DNA of 64,000 nt from Octopus vulgaris (lineage: Eukaryota), in contig OX597822.1 in assembly GCA_951406725.2 (NCBI GenBank), positions 117,242,001-117,306,000 of the forward strand, written 5' to 3'. Below the pieces are notes generated by a model. The model was not told the origin of the DNA, searched no databases, and saw only the letters and a list, made by a program, of their open reading frames with translations. Made by a program: the position numbers and the translations under genes. Shown here piece by piece: positions 13,194 through 27,257 of this stretch. Positions within the stretch are counted from its first letter, which is position 1. Each line of letters starts with the position of its first letter.

Positions 13194-15837
13194 GGTGCAG
13201 ACGGTATTTCAGAACAGATACATAGTTTTTAAAAAAACGCTTATATAAAAGCAGGAGAAAAACATATTTTTATATCAAACATAAAACTAAATTGTCACCT
13301 TAATAATTTCATTCAATAAAACCACCACAGGCATCATTAACTGCCTCTACGTGGCCAAATGTTGAGGGTGATGGGATCATGCAAACTGTCAGCCATTCAT
13401 TCTGGTTCATATGAGCCTTGTGTGATGGGGCAGAATCTTGTTGAAAGACATAACGTCTTCCATTGCATACACTGTTGATCAAAAGTTTAACAACTTTATT
13501 CAGAACCTCAATATATGTAGCAGCATTCACCTTAAGGCCTTATGGAATGACAGGACCACATATGATATCTCAAGGTGTATCTTTTTCTCTGATGAAATTG
13601 TGCTCATGTCACATAAATGCAAATTTAATGCACAAATTTGTAATTAAATTATTGAGTATTATTTGAAATGGCTGTAAGAAGCAAAGATGACCGATTTCTT
13701 AATAATAAAGAATTATTAACTTCCTATTTTCCATTTTATTTTCTTCATTTAATTGGATAGAAACTATATGCTTAATATATATTTATCATTTTAAGGGAAT
13801 GTCATTCCCCAATGATACTAGGTATTGAACCAGCATTTCCTTGGATGTAACCATCTCTTTACAAGGTAAACATACCCTCTATGGAGACCCAGGAAGACAT
13901 GGGAGTGAGGTGGTGAAGCATGACCTTCGAATATTGGGCCTCACAGAGGCAATGACAAAAGATCGAGACCTCTGGAGATATGCTGTGGTTGAGAAGACCT
14001 GGGAAATAAAGTGAGTCCACAGCTGTAACCTACCCAAGTGTTGCATAACCAGCCCACTCAAAAAGTACCTTGGATCGTAGGGCAACATGCCCTGCTTGAG
14101 GAGACTGATTGAGTCAAGTACATCAAAACCAAAATCAAATGGAAATTGTAGTTGTGGTCCCTGTGCCGGTGGCATGTAAAAAGCACCATCTGAATGTGGA
14201 TGATGCCAATGCCGCCATGACTGGCTTCCGTGCTGGTGGCACATAAAAAGCACCAACCAATCGTGGTCATTGCCAGCCCCCCTGGCCCCTGTGCCGGTGG
14301 CACATAAAAAGTACCCACTACACTGTTGGAGTGGTTGGCATTAGGAGGGTCATCTAGCTGTAGAAACACTGCCAGATCAGACTGGAGCCTAGTGCAGCCT
14401 CCTGGCTTTCCAGACCCCAGTCAAACCCTCCAAGTCATGCCAACATGAAAAATGGATGTTAAACGATGACGATGATATATATGTAGACACAGTTTGACTG
14501 TAATAGTTAAAAGTTTTTACTCCACAACTACAGTATTCTCGGTTCAATCCTGCTGTGTAGAATATGAGGCAAAAGTTATTTTCTATAGCCTTGGATCCAC
14601 CCATAACTTGTGAGTAAAATTGAGTGGACAGAAATTTTATAGAAGTACCTTGGGTAGATTGTAATTATAATTCAAAAGCTACATCTTTGTCACATAGTCT
14701 CACATTGATTCTGCATGAGAATTACATTAAAAGTACACAGGTTAGTGAAATATTTCGTTTCTGGATTTGGTTTGCAAGATTCTTTATGTGAGTTCGTGTG
14801 TTGAAGCATATTCTGTTGTGTCTGGGGAGAGTCATTTTCTTTTTGTGCCTTATAATGTAACACACTCACCAATGAAATTTCCACTTTTTTCTTATTGTTA
14901 TTGTCCTAAAATTTTCGTTGCATCTTGCAACCTTTTCAATAGTTTTGACTCTCAAAACGTTGCAAGATGCAACGAAAATTTTAGGAAAATAAAAATAAGT
15001 GGAAATTTTACCTGTGAGTGTGTTACATTATAAGGCACAAAAAGAAAATGACTCTCCCCAGACACAACAGGTTAGTGAAATGCTTGACCACTAACAGGTT
15101 AATTCAGATTCAGATAATCCAGTTGATTGAATATCAGGCATTTGTGTATGTATGTATATGTGTGTACATATATGTGTGTGTGAGTACATGTGTGTATGTG
15201 TCTGTGTATATTATATTTATAACAGTTATATAGGCACAGTTGCTTCCCAGCCACATGGTTTTGAGTTCAGTCCCACTGTGTGGCACCTTAGCCAGGTGTC
15301 TTTTACAATAGGCTCTGGTTAACAAAAGCGTTGTGAGAGCATTTGATAGCAAGAAACTGGGTGAAGCCAGTCGCATGTATGCATGTATGTATGCATGTAT
15401 GTATGCTTGTGAGAGTGTGTGTATGTTTGTGTCTTTTTGTCTTAAAATTATGTGATTATTGTAAATGAATGTTGTTCATTTTGAATATTTTGCAAAAATG
15501 TTTGGCCAATGGAGAAATATTACCTTGCTTGGAAAAATTCAGTGTCAATGACTGGAAAGAGATTTGGTCATAGAAAGATCTGGCTCAAATAAACTTCCAT
15601 GCAAGAATGGACATTAAAACAATCTTTGATCTCTCTTTCACTTGTTTCAGTCGTTAGTCTGTGGCCCTGCTGGGGCACCACCTTGAAGGATTTTAGCTGA
15701 ACAAATTTATCCTAAAACTTATTTTTTTAAGCCTGGTACTTATTCTATCATTCTCTTTTGCTGAACCACTATGTTATGGAGATGTAAACACACCAACACT
15801 GGTTGTCAAGCGGTGGTGGGGGGACAAATACAGGTAG

Positions 15838-15871
<34 letters not shown>

Positions 15872-16942
15872 GCGCACATGCGACACACATCTTTCATTTT
15901 CTGTCTACCAAATCCACTGACAAGACTTTATTGGCCTTTGACCTGAGGCTACAGCTGAAGGTACTTTCCCAAGGTGCCATGTAGTGGGACTGAACCCATA
16001 ACCATGTGGTTGGGAAGCAAGCTTCTTACCACAAAGCCACATGATGATAAATGATGAATGATGACGATGTAATCAGTTAATATTAATTTCAAAATTGTGG
16101 CACAAGGCCAGCAATTTTGAGGGTAGGAGATAAGTTGATTACATCAAGCCCAACATTCAAGTCGTACTTATTTTATCGACCATGAAAGGATAAAAGGCAA
16201 AGTCAACCTTGGTTGAATTTGAACTTGAATTTGAAAGTTCAAATGTGGGACAAAATGCCACTAAGCAATTTGCTTAGTGTGATAACGATTCTTATTTCTT
16301 TATTGCCCACAAGGAGCTAAACACAGAGGGGACAAACAAGGACAGACAAACGGATTAAGTCAATCAGATCGACCCCAGTGTGTAACTGGTACTTAATTTA
16401 TCGACCCTGAAAGGATGAAAGGCAAAGTCGACCTCGGCGGAATTTGAACTCGGAACGTAACTGGTCCCATATATATATATATATAATTTCTTTACTACCC
16501 ACAAGGAGCTAAACACAGAGGGGACAAACAAGGACAGACAAACGGATTAAGTCAATCAGATCGACCCCAGTGTGTAACTGGTACTTAATTTATCGACCCT
16601 GAAAGGGTGAAAGGCAAAGTCGACCTCGGCGGAATTTGAACTCGGAACGTAACTGGTCCCATATATATATATATATAATTTCTTTACTACCCACAAGGAG
16701 CTAAACACAGAGGGGACAAACAAGGACAGACAAAGGGATTAAGTCAATTAGATTGACCCCAGTGCGTAACTGGTACTTAATTTATCGACCCTGAAAGGAT
16801 GAAAGGCAAAGTCGATCTCGGCGGAATTTGAACTCGGAACGTAGCGACAGACAAAATGCCCCTAAGCATTTTGCCAGTGTGATAATGATTGTGCCAACTC
16901 ACCACCTTAGTTCTCAATTTATATTAATATTAATTAACTTAC

Positions 16943-17185
16943 TAGATCCAAGAAGGGTAGCATTAACTGAACCAATTAGTGTGCCGCAAGACGTATCGGT
17001 GTACTGGTTGTTTTCCACTGGGCAGTCTTCTAATTTGGCCGACTCTTGAGCAGTGGGGTTTTTAACGTTGATGTCTTCCGGAGTTAAGTCTTTGCATTTG
17101 TCGTTGTTTCTGTTGGTGAGGATCTCTCTTACACTCCCAGATATTTCGTTGAATTCCGTATATGTACAAACAACACAACTTCTAC
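16943..17185 (-). CDS. Duplicated exon 2 cassette (no own exon 1)
   Basis: Same translation and splice sites as 30809-31051. Confidence 0.75.
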
Positions 17186-17506
17186 CTGCAACGACTACAA
17201 TAATAGAAATAGGGATCAGCACAACAACAACAACAAGAATTGAAATTTCTAATTTTGGCACAGAACCAGCAATTTCCTGGAGAGTGGTTAGCTGACTGCA
17301 TTGACCCCTGGGGTTCAACTTACTTTATTACACCTGAAAATTTAAAAAGGTGAAGTCTACTTTTGTGGAATTTGTAAAGAGGCGGAAGTAATATCGTTAA
17401 GCATCTTGTCAGCTTATCACACTACTACTACTACTACCACCACCACCACCACCACCACCACCAACACCACTACTACTACTACTACCACCACCACCACCAC
17501 CACCAA

Positions 17507-17539
<33 letters not shown>

Positions 17540-18042
17540 CACTACCACAAATGGTTTAAAATTTTGCCGCAAGGGCAGCAGTTGTTGGGGGTGGGGGACT
17601 AGTTGATTACACTGACCCCAATGTTTCACTGGTACTTAATTTATCGACCCTGAAAGGATGGAAGGCAAAGTCGACCTCAGTGGAATTAGAACTCAGAAAG
17701 TAGCGACAGACAAAATGCCCTTAAGCATTTCGCCTGATGTGCTGACAGTTCTGCCAGCTGGCCACCTTAAATAATCATAATAATAATAATAATGATCTTT
17801 TCTGATACGGCTGCAAGACCTAGAATTTGGAGGGAAGAGTCTAATCAAAGACATCGAACCCAGGGTTCCTCTGGTACATATTTTCCTGACCCCGAGAAGA
17901 TGAAATGCAAAGTTAACCTTGGCAGGATTTCAACTTAGAATGTAAAGACAGAAGAAATGCCACTCAGCATTTGGTCAATCTTACCCCCACCACTGCCACC
18001 GACGACACCACCACCACCACAACAACAACAATAACAACAGCA

Positions 18043-18090
<48 letters not shown>

Positions 18091-18092
<2 letters not shown>

Positions 18093-18430
18093 GTGTCTCT
18101 AAAAGAAATGGAGAAACTCTCAAAATACAAAGACCTGGAAATAGAGGTTACTAGAATGTGGAATCTGAAAACAGAAACAATTCCTATCATAGTAGGTGCA
18201 TTAGGCATGATAAAAAAATATTCAGACAAATACATAACAAAAACACCAGGACTTACAAACACATATAACATACAGAAAATTGCACTACTAGGCACTGCAC
18301 ACATCCTACGCAGAACACTTTCCATACAATAACCATCAGAGCATCACAACAAATCACAGCACATACCCAAGGCACACAGAGCTGCGCTCGGTAGTGAAGT
18401 GAAAGCACGCTATAAAAATAAAACTACAGA
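18091..18430 (+). mobile_element. Dong/R4-clade non-LTR retrotransposon 3' end inserted in (TAA)n (copy ~31966-32305)
   Basis: EKLSKYKDL..E..RMW......PIIVGALG...IQKIALLGTAHILRR is the restriction-like endonuclease C-terminus. It is flanked by TAA repeats, the known Dong target. Confidence 0.8.
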
Positions 18431-18479
18431 ATAATGATAATAATAATAACAACAACAATAAGCAACATTTAATTTATTG

Positions 18480-20040
18480 ATAAGTGAACTAGAATCAATA
18501 CCAAACTGGATGCTGGAAGGACAAACCACCCAAGTTTCCAGGAACAAAGACACCATACAGCCAAAAAATTACAGGCCTTATAAAATAATGTGCTTATCAA
18601 CAATGTAGAAAATCCTTCCATCGGTCATCCATAACTGGCTTCTAATACACCTGGAAAACAACAATGTTTTACCAGAAGAGCAAAAGCAGTGCCAGAAAGG
18701 GATTTTTGGTTGTAAGGAGCAGCTTCTGGTAAAATGAGACATTACAGGGGGCCGTAAGAGAAAGACAATTCTCAGAAGGACTTGGATTGATTAACAGAAA
18801 GCATTCAACAGAGTTCCACACTCACTGATAGAGTGGCTAACTGGCTTCCGTGCCAGTGGCACATAAAAGGGCACCATTTGAGTGTGATCATTACCAGTGT
18901 CACCTTACTGGCACCTGTGCTGGTGGCATGTGTAAAAAGATTTGAGTGAGGTTATTGCCAGTACCGCCTGACTGGCCCCCGTGCCATAGGGTGCCAAGAG
19001 CACCATCCGAGCGTGATCGTTGCCAGAGCGACCAACTGGCTTCCATGCCAGTGGCACATAAAAGGGCATCATTCAAGCGTGATCGTTACCAATGTCACCT
19101 TACTGGCACCTGTGCCGGTGGCATGTGTAAAAAGATTCGAGTGAGGTCATTGCCAGTACTGCCTGACTGGCCCCCACTACACTCTCGGTGTGGTTGGCAT
19201 TAGGAAGGGCATTCGGCTGTAGAACTCTGCCAGATCAAGACTGGAGCCTGGAGCAGCCATCTGGTTTGCCAGTCTTCAGTCAAATCATCCAACCCATGCT
19301 AGCATGGAAAGCGGACGTTAAACAATGATGATGATGATGATGATTGATACTAGAATCTCTCCACACAAATAAAGTAACTCCAACATTACTAAAATATATT
19401 AAACATACAATAGGAAACTGGAAAACCAGTATAATGCTGTAAAATGAATCACAAGTCATTAAAACCTGCCCTATACACATATGAAGATGGTTTTCTCAAG
19501 GTGACTGTCACCCCTGCTGTTCTAGCTTGCTCTGGCTCCACTAACAAACTTTTCAAATGAAACTATCATGGGTCATAGATGCTATCGATGAACAATAAAC
19601 CATCTACTAAAAAGGATGATTTTAAAATTTTTACTAAAAACACCACGGAACAGAGAAACCTTCTCAAAATTGTCCATAGCTTCATGAAGGACATTGGAAT
19701 GAGGATGGGGCTGGACAAATATGCCTTAGTGACACTGAGAAGAGGCAAATTAATCAGCACTGGAAACACGGCACTTGAAATAGACACAGAAATCAGAGAA
19801 TGAGACTGCAATTGCCCACACAAATGTCTTGGAGTAGACAAAACAGCTAAAATACAACACACAGAAATGAAAGAGAACATTAGGTGAGAATATAATAGAA
19901 GAGTTAGATTAATATCAAACACTGAACTCAAGATAATAAGGGTAAGTACACATGCTAGCCACTCACTCATAAATTACATCTTCAACACATAAACTGGAAG
20001 AGCAGGGAATTGAGAAACTTAGAAAAACTGAAAAACTATT
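18480..20040 (+). pseudogene. Decayed Dong/R4-like reverse transcriptase, interrupted by an RTE 3' fragment at ~18835-19343 (copy ~32355-33915)
   Basis: Remnant motifs PKNYRP, EEQK..KG..GCKEQLL, WID..KAF..VPH, QGD, DDFKIF and DIGMRMGLDK, with many stops and frameshifts. Confidence 0.7.
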
Positions 20041-20074
20041 AACAGCTGACACACATCAACACGGCCGCCTGCCA

Positions 20075-21310
20075 CCCACCCACCCATCATGTTCAAAAAC
20101 CTGCTGAAAGATGTCAGCAAGAGGATCACGAACCTATCCAAGAGATTTTTGAGATGCAACACGCAACTATAATGAGGCATTAGCTGCTAGCAGGTTTAGG
20201 GATCGCATCTCCTACATGCCAGGCCCTAACACCCACAGAAGGAAGCACCATAGAAATATCACTTGGTTTCTCCCTCAACTTCTTCCACAACATAAAAATG
20301 TGTGTAGGTAAGGTATTCGTTAGACCAGTAGGTAAACACTTCACACAATCACAGAGCTATGAATGCACTTTCAACAGGCAAAACCTAATGGTCCCTTTTA
20401 GCTGTGCCCCCAATATAAAGAGAATTCTAGTTAACACACCTAAGCCATGAGTGAAGGTGTGATGTTCATGCAGGGTCTACAACAGATGCCCAGTGGGGGG
20501 GGGGGGGGCATTGCTAAACAAAGGAAGTTGTCTATGAAGTTGAGGTGGTAGCAGACCCTAGTAGCAACAGTAGCAGCTTCTCCAATGACAACGGCAGGAA
20601 TAAGAGCAGCAGCACAAATGATGATGACTATAATACCATCAACAACACCACCACCACCACCACCGATTCTCCCCTTTGCCAGCATTCACAGCACCAGCAC
20701 CAATACCAACATCACCAGCACCAGCAACATTGCTGTCCAAGAATTTAGACCTGGAGCTCTCCATTTCCAGCGACGACTTCGAGGGCCACTTCCCAGTGGT
20801 GTGGGGCGTCAACGAAGAGCCCTCAACTACAACAAGACGACCAAAGTTTTTTTTCTTTTCCAAGGTCTGGGGTCTCCCGCCCCTAAGCCCTAGACCATCA
20901 CCTTATCACCCTTACCCATCTTGTTGCTTAACAACAACAACAACAGCAGCAACAGTGGTCGCATTAGCATCAACATCACCAACACTCACACATGAAGATA
21001 CATCAGATGTTCCAAGAACATGTTCAAGCAGCGCCCCTCCAACCACAGATCCTCTTTCAGGATTGCAGAGAGGAGATACACTATGTCCCTAGCCAGCCAT
21101 GTATGGCAGCTGAAAGATGAAGGGACTCCACATGGAAGATCTTAGAAAATTCAGGCCCCTATATCAATGGGACCAAGCACTGTAAATTGTGCATAACCAA
21201 ACAGTCAAGGATATTAAAGACACCTTCAATGTGGGGAAAATTCTAAACACCAGGATGGAATTCTTCAAACCCTGCATATACTTCTGGAAATTCCTGTTGG
21301 CGTCCTGGAT
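20075..21310 (+). pseudogene. Decayed Penelope-like element (RT C-terminus/GIY-YIG region) with low-complexity insert (copy ~33950-35475)
   Basis: Remnants HPPIMFKNL...KRITNLS, RNITWF, WKILENSGPY.NG.K.CKLC and LNTRMEF..PC...KFLL match the PLE endonuclease C-terminal pattern. Confidence 0.65.
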
Positions 21311-21477
21311 CCAACAGTCATACGGAGACAGTACCTTGATGTTGACCTATAGTTACAAAGTCTTTTCCCCCCTCCATTTTTCTAGAGAGGCCACAGGCCA
21401 ACGGGTTTAGGGTTTGAGGAAATGTTGTCAAGCTTTATGGATGTGAAAACTAGGGTAACCCCATAAAACCAGCCATA

Positions 21478-22147
21478 TCTATCTATGAAGAATTTAGGGT
21501 GGGAGTAATTTTAAAATGCCGATTTTCGCCAATTTTTTTGCAGATTCGTGTTCTCCGTAGCCGAAAACAGGGGGTTTATGTTTGAAAAAAAAATAATAAA
21601 TAGGCATAGGAGTAGCTTGCTTATGAACCACATGGTTCCAGGTACTGCGTGTTTTTGTGTGGGTGTGTGTGTGGGAAGTCTTGCCCCCAACCTCCACCCA
21701 TTACCTCCGAATGTTTTACTTTTAGCCTTTATGAAAGCGGGTAAGTTTTTCCAAGAACACTGTCGTTTAGCTGTTGTTTCTAGCATGTCGGGAAATTTAA
21801 ATTTTGAAACCCTAATTTTTGGCCCAAATCGCATTCTACTATATCGAAAACAGATCCGAAAAAAATTTTTTGGAGGGGAAAAAACCCCCACTGAAAACAG
21901 GTGGTGTACACATTCTTTACTTCCGCCGGTTTATTTATAGTGATCAAATGTGTGTGCGTACCTAAAGCGCCTTCGCTCCATCAAATCAACGTTCCCTGAT
22001 CAAATTGCACGCTGGTGATCTTGTGTTACTAGTCACACGACTGTCACCTGTAAACCACGTGTGTTTATTTACATTTGGGAAGAAGATCGTCGGTTTCCGT
22101 AAAAAATGGGGTTGTGGGGAAAAGGGATCTTTTGAAATCAGCGTGAA

Positions 22148-22201
<54 letters not shown>

Positions 22202-22516
22202 ATTGTATGAGGTAGGTTCTTTTGGAGTTTGCGGGAAGAGGAAGAATTGATATGTGTGCATGCGTGTGTGTGTATATTTATACATACATAGAAGCATAAA
22301 TGTATATTTATACATACATACACACACATATATAGGTACTACTAGTAGCGTAGACTGGACCCAGTTTGCGCGTGTGCGCGAACCGGGTCCAGTCTACGCT
22401 ACTAGTACCACTTTGTATTGTGTATTTTATGTGTACATGTAATATGTACACATATATATACACATATATACATGCACTAGCATTATGACCCGGCAACGAC
22501 GGGTCTTTAATGCTAG
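21478..22516 (+). mobile_element. Non-autonomous Helitron (~1 kb); duplicate copy at 35634-36648
   Basis: A|TCTATCTATG 5' end, 3' hairpin GACCCG-GCAACGA-CGGGTC, then CTAG|T. Internal (GA)n tract. Confidence 0.65.
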
Positions 22517-22539
22517 TATATATATATATATATATATAA

Positions 22540-23190
22540 TCATCATCGTCGTTTAACGTCCGCTTTCCATGCTCCAATCTGATCTGGCAAAATTTCTACA
22601 GGTGGATGCCCTTCCTAATGCCAACCACTCCTAGAGTGTAAGGGGTGCTTTTTTAACATGCCACTGGCATGGGTGCCAGTCAGGTGGTACTAGCATCAAC
22701 CACGCTCGAATGTTGTTTTTCACGTGTCATTAAGGCGACGCTGGCAACGATCGCGCTTGAATGGTGCTTTTTACGTGCCACCGGTTCGGGAGCCAGTCAG
22801 CGGCCCTGGCAACGATCACGCTTGGATGGTTATTTTAGCGTTCCACTGGCACGAGAGCCAGTCAGCGGCCCTGGCAACGATCACGCTTGGATGGTGATTT
22901 TAACGTTCGAGTGGCCCGGGTGCCAATCAGGCGGTACTGTCATCGGCCACGCCAGTGATTTTGATTTCACTCACCTCAACAGGTTTTCGCAAGCAAAGTC
23001 TATGGTCTCACTTGGCTTGCCGGGTCTTCTCAAGCACAGTATATCTCCAAAGGTCTTGGTCACTAGTCACTGCCTTGGTGAAGCCCAATGTTCAAAGGTC
23101 GAGTTTCACGACCTCATCCCAGGTCTTCCAGGGTCTACCTCTTCCACGGGTTCCCTCAACTGCTAGGGTATGACACTTTTTCACATAGCT
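22540..23190 (-). mobile_element. RTE LINE 3' fragment cut by the duplication junction (longer copy ~36665-37370)
   Basis: Reverse complement of the RTE 3' region with (CAT)n tail. Confidence 0.75.
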
Positions 23191-24769
23191 TATCTTCACA
23201 TAGCTTATCTGCACATAACTGGATGGATGTGAGTGAAATCATCATCATCATCATCATCATTTAGCGTCCGCTTTCCATGCTAGCATGGGTTGGACGGTTC
23301 AACTGGGGTCTGTGAAGCTGGAAGGCTTCGTCAGGCCCAGTCAGATCTGGCAGTGTTTCTACGGCTGGATGCCCTTCCTAATGCCAATGTAAGATGGCTA
23401 AATCCATAATGAAGCACATGTTGGCCAGGTATCATCATCATCATCATCATCATCATTTAGCGTCCGCTTTCCATGCTAGCATGGGTTGGACGGGTCAACT
23501 GGGGTCTGTGAAGCTGGAAGGCTTCGTCAGGCCCAGTCAGATCTGGCAGTGTTTCTACGGCTGGATGCCCTTCCTAATGCCAATGTAAGATGGCTAAATC
23601 CATAATGAAGCACATGTTGGCCAGGTATCATCATCATCATCATCATCATCATTTAGCGTCCGCTTTCCATGCTAGCATGGGTTGGACGGTTCAACTGGGG
23701 TCTGGGAAGTTGGAAGGCTTCGTCAGGCCCAGTCAGATCTGGCAGTGTTTCTACGGCTGGATGCCCTTCCTAATGCCAATGTAAGATGGCTAAATCCATA
23801 ATGAAGCACATGTTGGCCAGGTATCATCATCATCATCATCATCATCATTTAGCGTCCGCTTTCCATGCTAGCATGGGTTGGACGGTTCAACTGGGGTCTG
23901 GGAAGCTGGAAGGCTTCGTCAGGCCCAGTCAGATCTGGCAGTGTTTCTACGGCTGGATGCCCTACCTAACGCCAATGTAAGATGGCTAAATCCATAATGA
24001 AGCACATGTTGGCCAGGTATGTTTATTTATATGGGTAGCCAAAAGGAAGTAAGATGGCTGATGGAAATGAAGACCGAGGTAGGATTTTGGAACAAAACAT
24101 GATGCCTGGAGCTACTAGCAAAATTTGAAAGCCGATACGAACAAAATTGAAAAGTTGTTTTCAAAACAAGACCACAACAGGGTAGCTGAAAGGAACCCCC
24201 ATCATTGCTTGAGTTTCGTCCCACTAAATCCACCCACAAGGCATAGCTTGAGGCTGTAGTAGAAGACAACTTAGCCAAGGTGCTATGCAGGGTGGCTGAA
24301 CCTGGAGCCATGCAGGCACCAATAAAAAAACAATAAAAAGATGAAATAGGACTACACAGGATCACTGAAGTCTAGAAATTTTAGGAGCTTTGTAATAGGT
24401 AAGCGGAAGATAAAAAAAAACAAAAAAAACCCAGTTATTTCTATGCATTTTCTTTATTAAACTTCCAATCTAGACAGATATTATGAAGAAATGATTTTGA
24501 TATAAATGTTCTTGTATTTGTTGAATTCACATTTTTATACAACGGTGAGAAATACAACAAAATATATTTCTTTGGTTGGACTTGGTAATGAATAGTTTGA
24601 TTGGTTGAATATACGGACAGACTGATAGATATACAGGTTATTAAAAATTTACAAGAATTTATATTTTATTTAAACAAGTATAAAATGCTTATCAAAGTAA
24701 AGTACGCAATTGCGTTAACAAAATATAATCAAAAACAAGCATTTACAATTTCTTTTGTTCTCTGCTTAA

Positions 24770-25062
24770 TTAATAATCCTTGATCAGGGCCTGAGACAAC
24801 ATAGAAATGGTAAAACCTAAAAGTAGGAGACTATTTGAAGCATACATACTTCTGGCGGCAATAGATTCCTCGTTGCAAACATGGTCATCACAGACACACC
24901 TGCGTCCTGAAAATGACAGAATTTTGTACTTGCTAATGCTAGAAAATATAACGGCCAGGTTTGATTTCATGTCTATTTCTGTATTGGTCCTTTCAGCACA
25001 TATTCTTGGGCTATCTTTCTCAATTTCCAAACATCCACGGTGAAATACAGTCACTCTCGATT
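24770..25062 (-). CDS. Exon 3 (terminal) of Ly6/uPAR-like gene (proximal copy)
   Basis: Acceptor tttactttgtag|AA (phase 1). Encodes ...HRGC...RIC...RRCVCDDHVCN, then a small-residue spacer, a hydrophobic tail LLLLGFTISMLSQAL and a stop. This is the C-terminal CN motif of LU domains plus a GPI-signal-like tail. Confidence 0.9.
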
Positions 25063-26410
25063 CTACAAAGTAAAAATCATTTGCATTAGTTTTTTTAGTA
25101 GAATATTGTATCAACGTCACATACTTAATGGATGTGTGTGATTAAAAACTACAAAGCTCCAGTATTTTGTCTAAGGGAAGTCTCTTTAAAAAAACAAAGT
25201 ATAACTTCAAAGCTGTAGGCTGTGTTTTTCAACACTATACATCGAGAGGGAGACTTCTCTGAGATGAAATACTGCAGTTTTGTAGCATTTAACAAGACAC
25301 ATACATTAAGTATGTGAAATTGGTTTCAAATTTTGGCACAAGGCCAGCAACTTTGGGGAAGGGATAAGTTGATTACATTGATCCCAGTACTCAAAGGGTA
25401 CTTATTTCATTGACTCTGAAAGGATGAAAGGTAAAGTCGACCTTGGCAGAATTTGAACTCAGAATGTAAAAGATGGATGGACTGCCACCAATCATTTCGT
25501 CTGGTGTGCTTATGATTCTGCCAGCTCACCATCTTACACTGAGTATGCGATATTGATAACATTTACATTATTGAGTCGCTTCTAAAACAAAAATCACATT
25601 TAAATTTAAGAATGTTCTCAAAATGGTTTTATACTAAGACATGCAAAGTACAAGCAGAAATACACGGTGACCTCTTGATTGAAGAAATGTAAGTTCCCAG
25701 ATGTGTATTACGGTTGTGAAAACTTATCATGCTCACTTTATAGCAAATTTTATTTATTTATTTATTTTACATAATATTTTGTAAAAAATTAGAATTATTG
25801 ATCACAGATTTTACAATAGGACAGTGATGGGTTCATTGATTATACGATGACAAAAGTGACAAAAGATTGCTTGTATTATACAGGTAGAACAAATACCATA
25901 ATGTGCCTCATTCAAAAGCACCTGTTTATCAGTTTCCTCATCCGTGTTTACATCTTTTACCAATATACATCACCAAAAGGTGTACATAAACACACATCCT
26001 CCAATACACAAACATATTTTATGAGAGATGATAAACAGATATTACACAACTTGACTTGTGGTCTTCCTCACTTGTTCAGGTAACGGTACAAATTGGTAGG
26101 TTCCAAACTAATATGATGGCAGTGTAACCTGTATAGGTCAGTGGTTGTTGTCTGCCAGGCAACAGAATGGCTGTGTCTTCTTTGAAATTGTCAAGGAGGA
26201 ATTTAGGCATGTGTAAGTGGACTGAAACCATTTCTTTATTACCAGTTAAGATGTAAGATAGGATTGTAGCTGAGGTGAAGCTTCTGTATAAGAAGGCAAA
26301 GACTGCAGGACTTTGGTCAATTCATAGATGCCTTAATCTTATCTAATTCTGTTTATGAGATACAAGTGGTCTTTTCTTTTGTGATTTTCAAACACATGGA
26401 TGCACGCGCG

Positions 26411-26462
<52 letters not shown>

Positions 26463-26978
26463 TACAGTGGAGCTAATATTTTAGTTGAGACACTTAGAAC
26501 CAGATTTTTGTTTTGGATTGCAGAATGACTGTATATTTGCATTTCTAAATTGGAAACACCCTACCCACCCCCTGCCCAAGTTTACACCTGTTTTCTTGTT
26601 TAGATTCACATGATATGTAACAGTTTCACTTTGGAAATGTTTTGCTTTCCATCAAAACAAATTCAGTTGTTACACTTTTTGCTTCAGATTTTTAATCACA
26701 TCAAACAGCTGTATATTTCATATTGGTTTGCCATGTAAAGAAAGGCTGCTTGTCATCGTTGTTTTAAGAACCACATTTTCATGCTTGTGTGCATTGGACG
26801 GAGATTATTGAGGTTGATTTTCTAAATCTGGATGCCCTTCATATCACCAGCCCTCACCTGTTTTCAAGTAAGGTAATATTTCTCCATGACCAGATTTGTC
26901 TCAGAACATTGGAAATGAAGACCACTTGAGTGATGGTGACATTTGTTTTGAACTATTATGCAATATCACAGGCAAAGT

Positions 26979-27021
<43 letters not shown>

Positions 27022-27207
27022 AAACACACACGTGTGTGTAAAAGCACCCAGTACACATTGTAAAGCAGTTGGTGTTAGGAGGGGCATAGAGCCATAGAAA
27101 CTATGTCAAAACAGACATGGACCTTGGGCAGCTCTTCAGTAGGTAAACTTCTGCCAAAGTATTTAACCCATGCCAGCATGGAAAACAGATGTTAAATGAT
27201 GATGATG

Positions 27208-27257
<50 letters not shown>

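Larger units (their letters stand above)
1144..17580. repeat. Tandem segmental duplication, ~8.13-kb unit (1144-9273, 9274-17580, plus a partial copy 1-1143)
   Basis: Position 1 matches 8131 onward. The junction ...aagggcagca|tgacttag at 1143 and 9273 contrasts with the ancestral continuation ...aagggcagca|gttgttgg at 17580 and ~31452. Confidence 0.95.
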
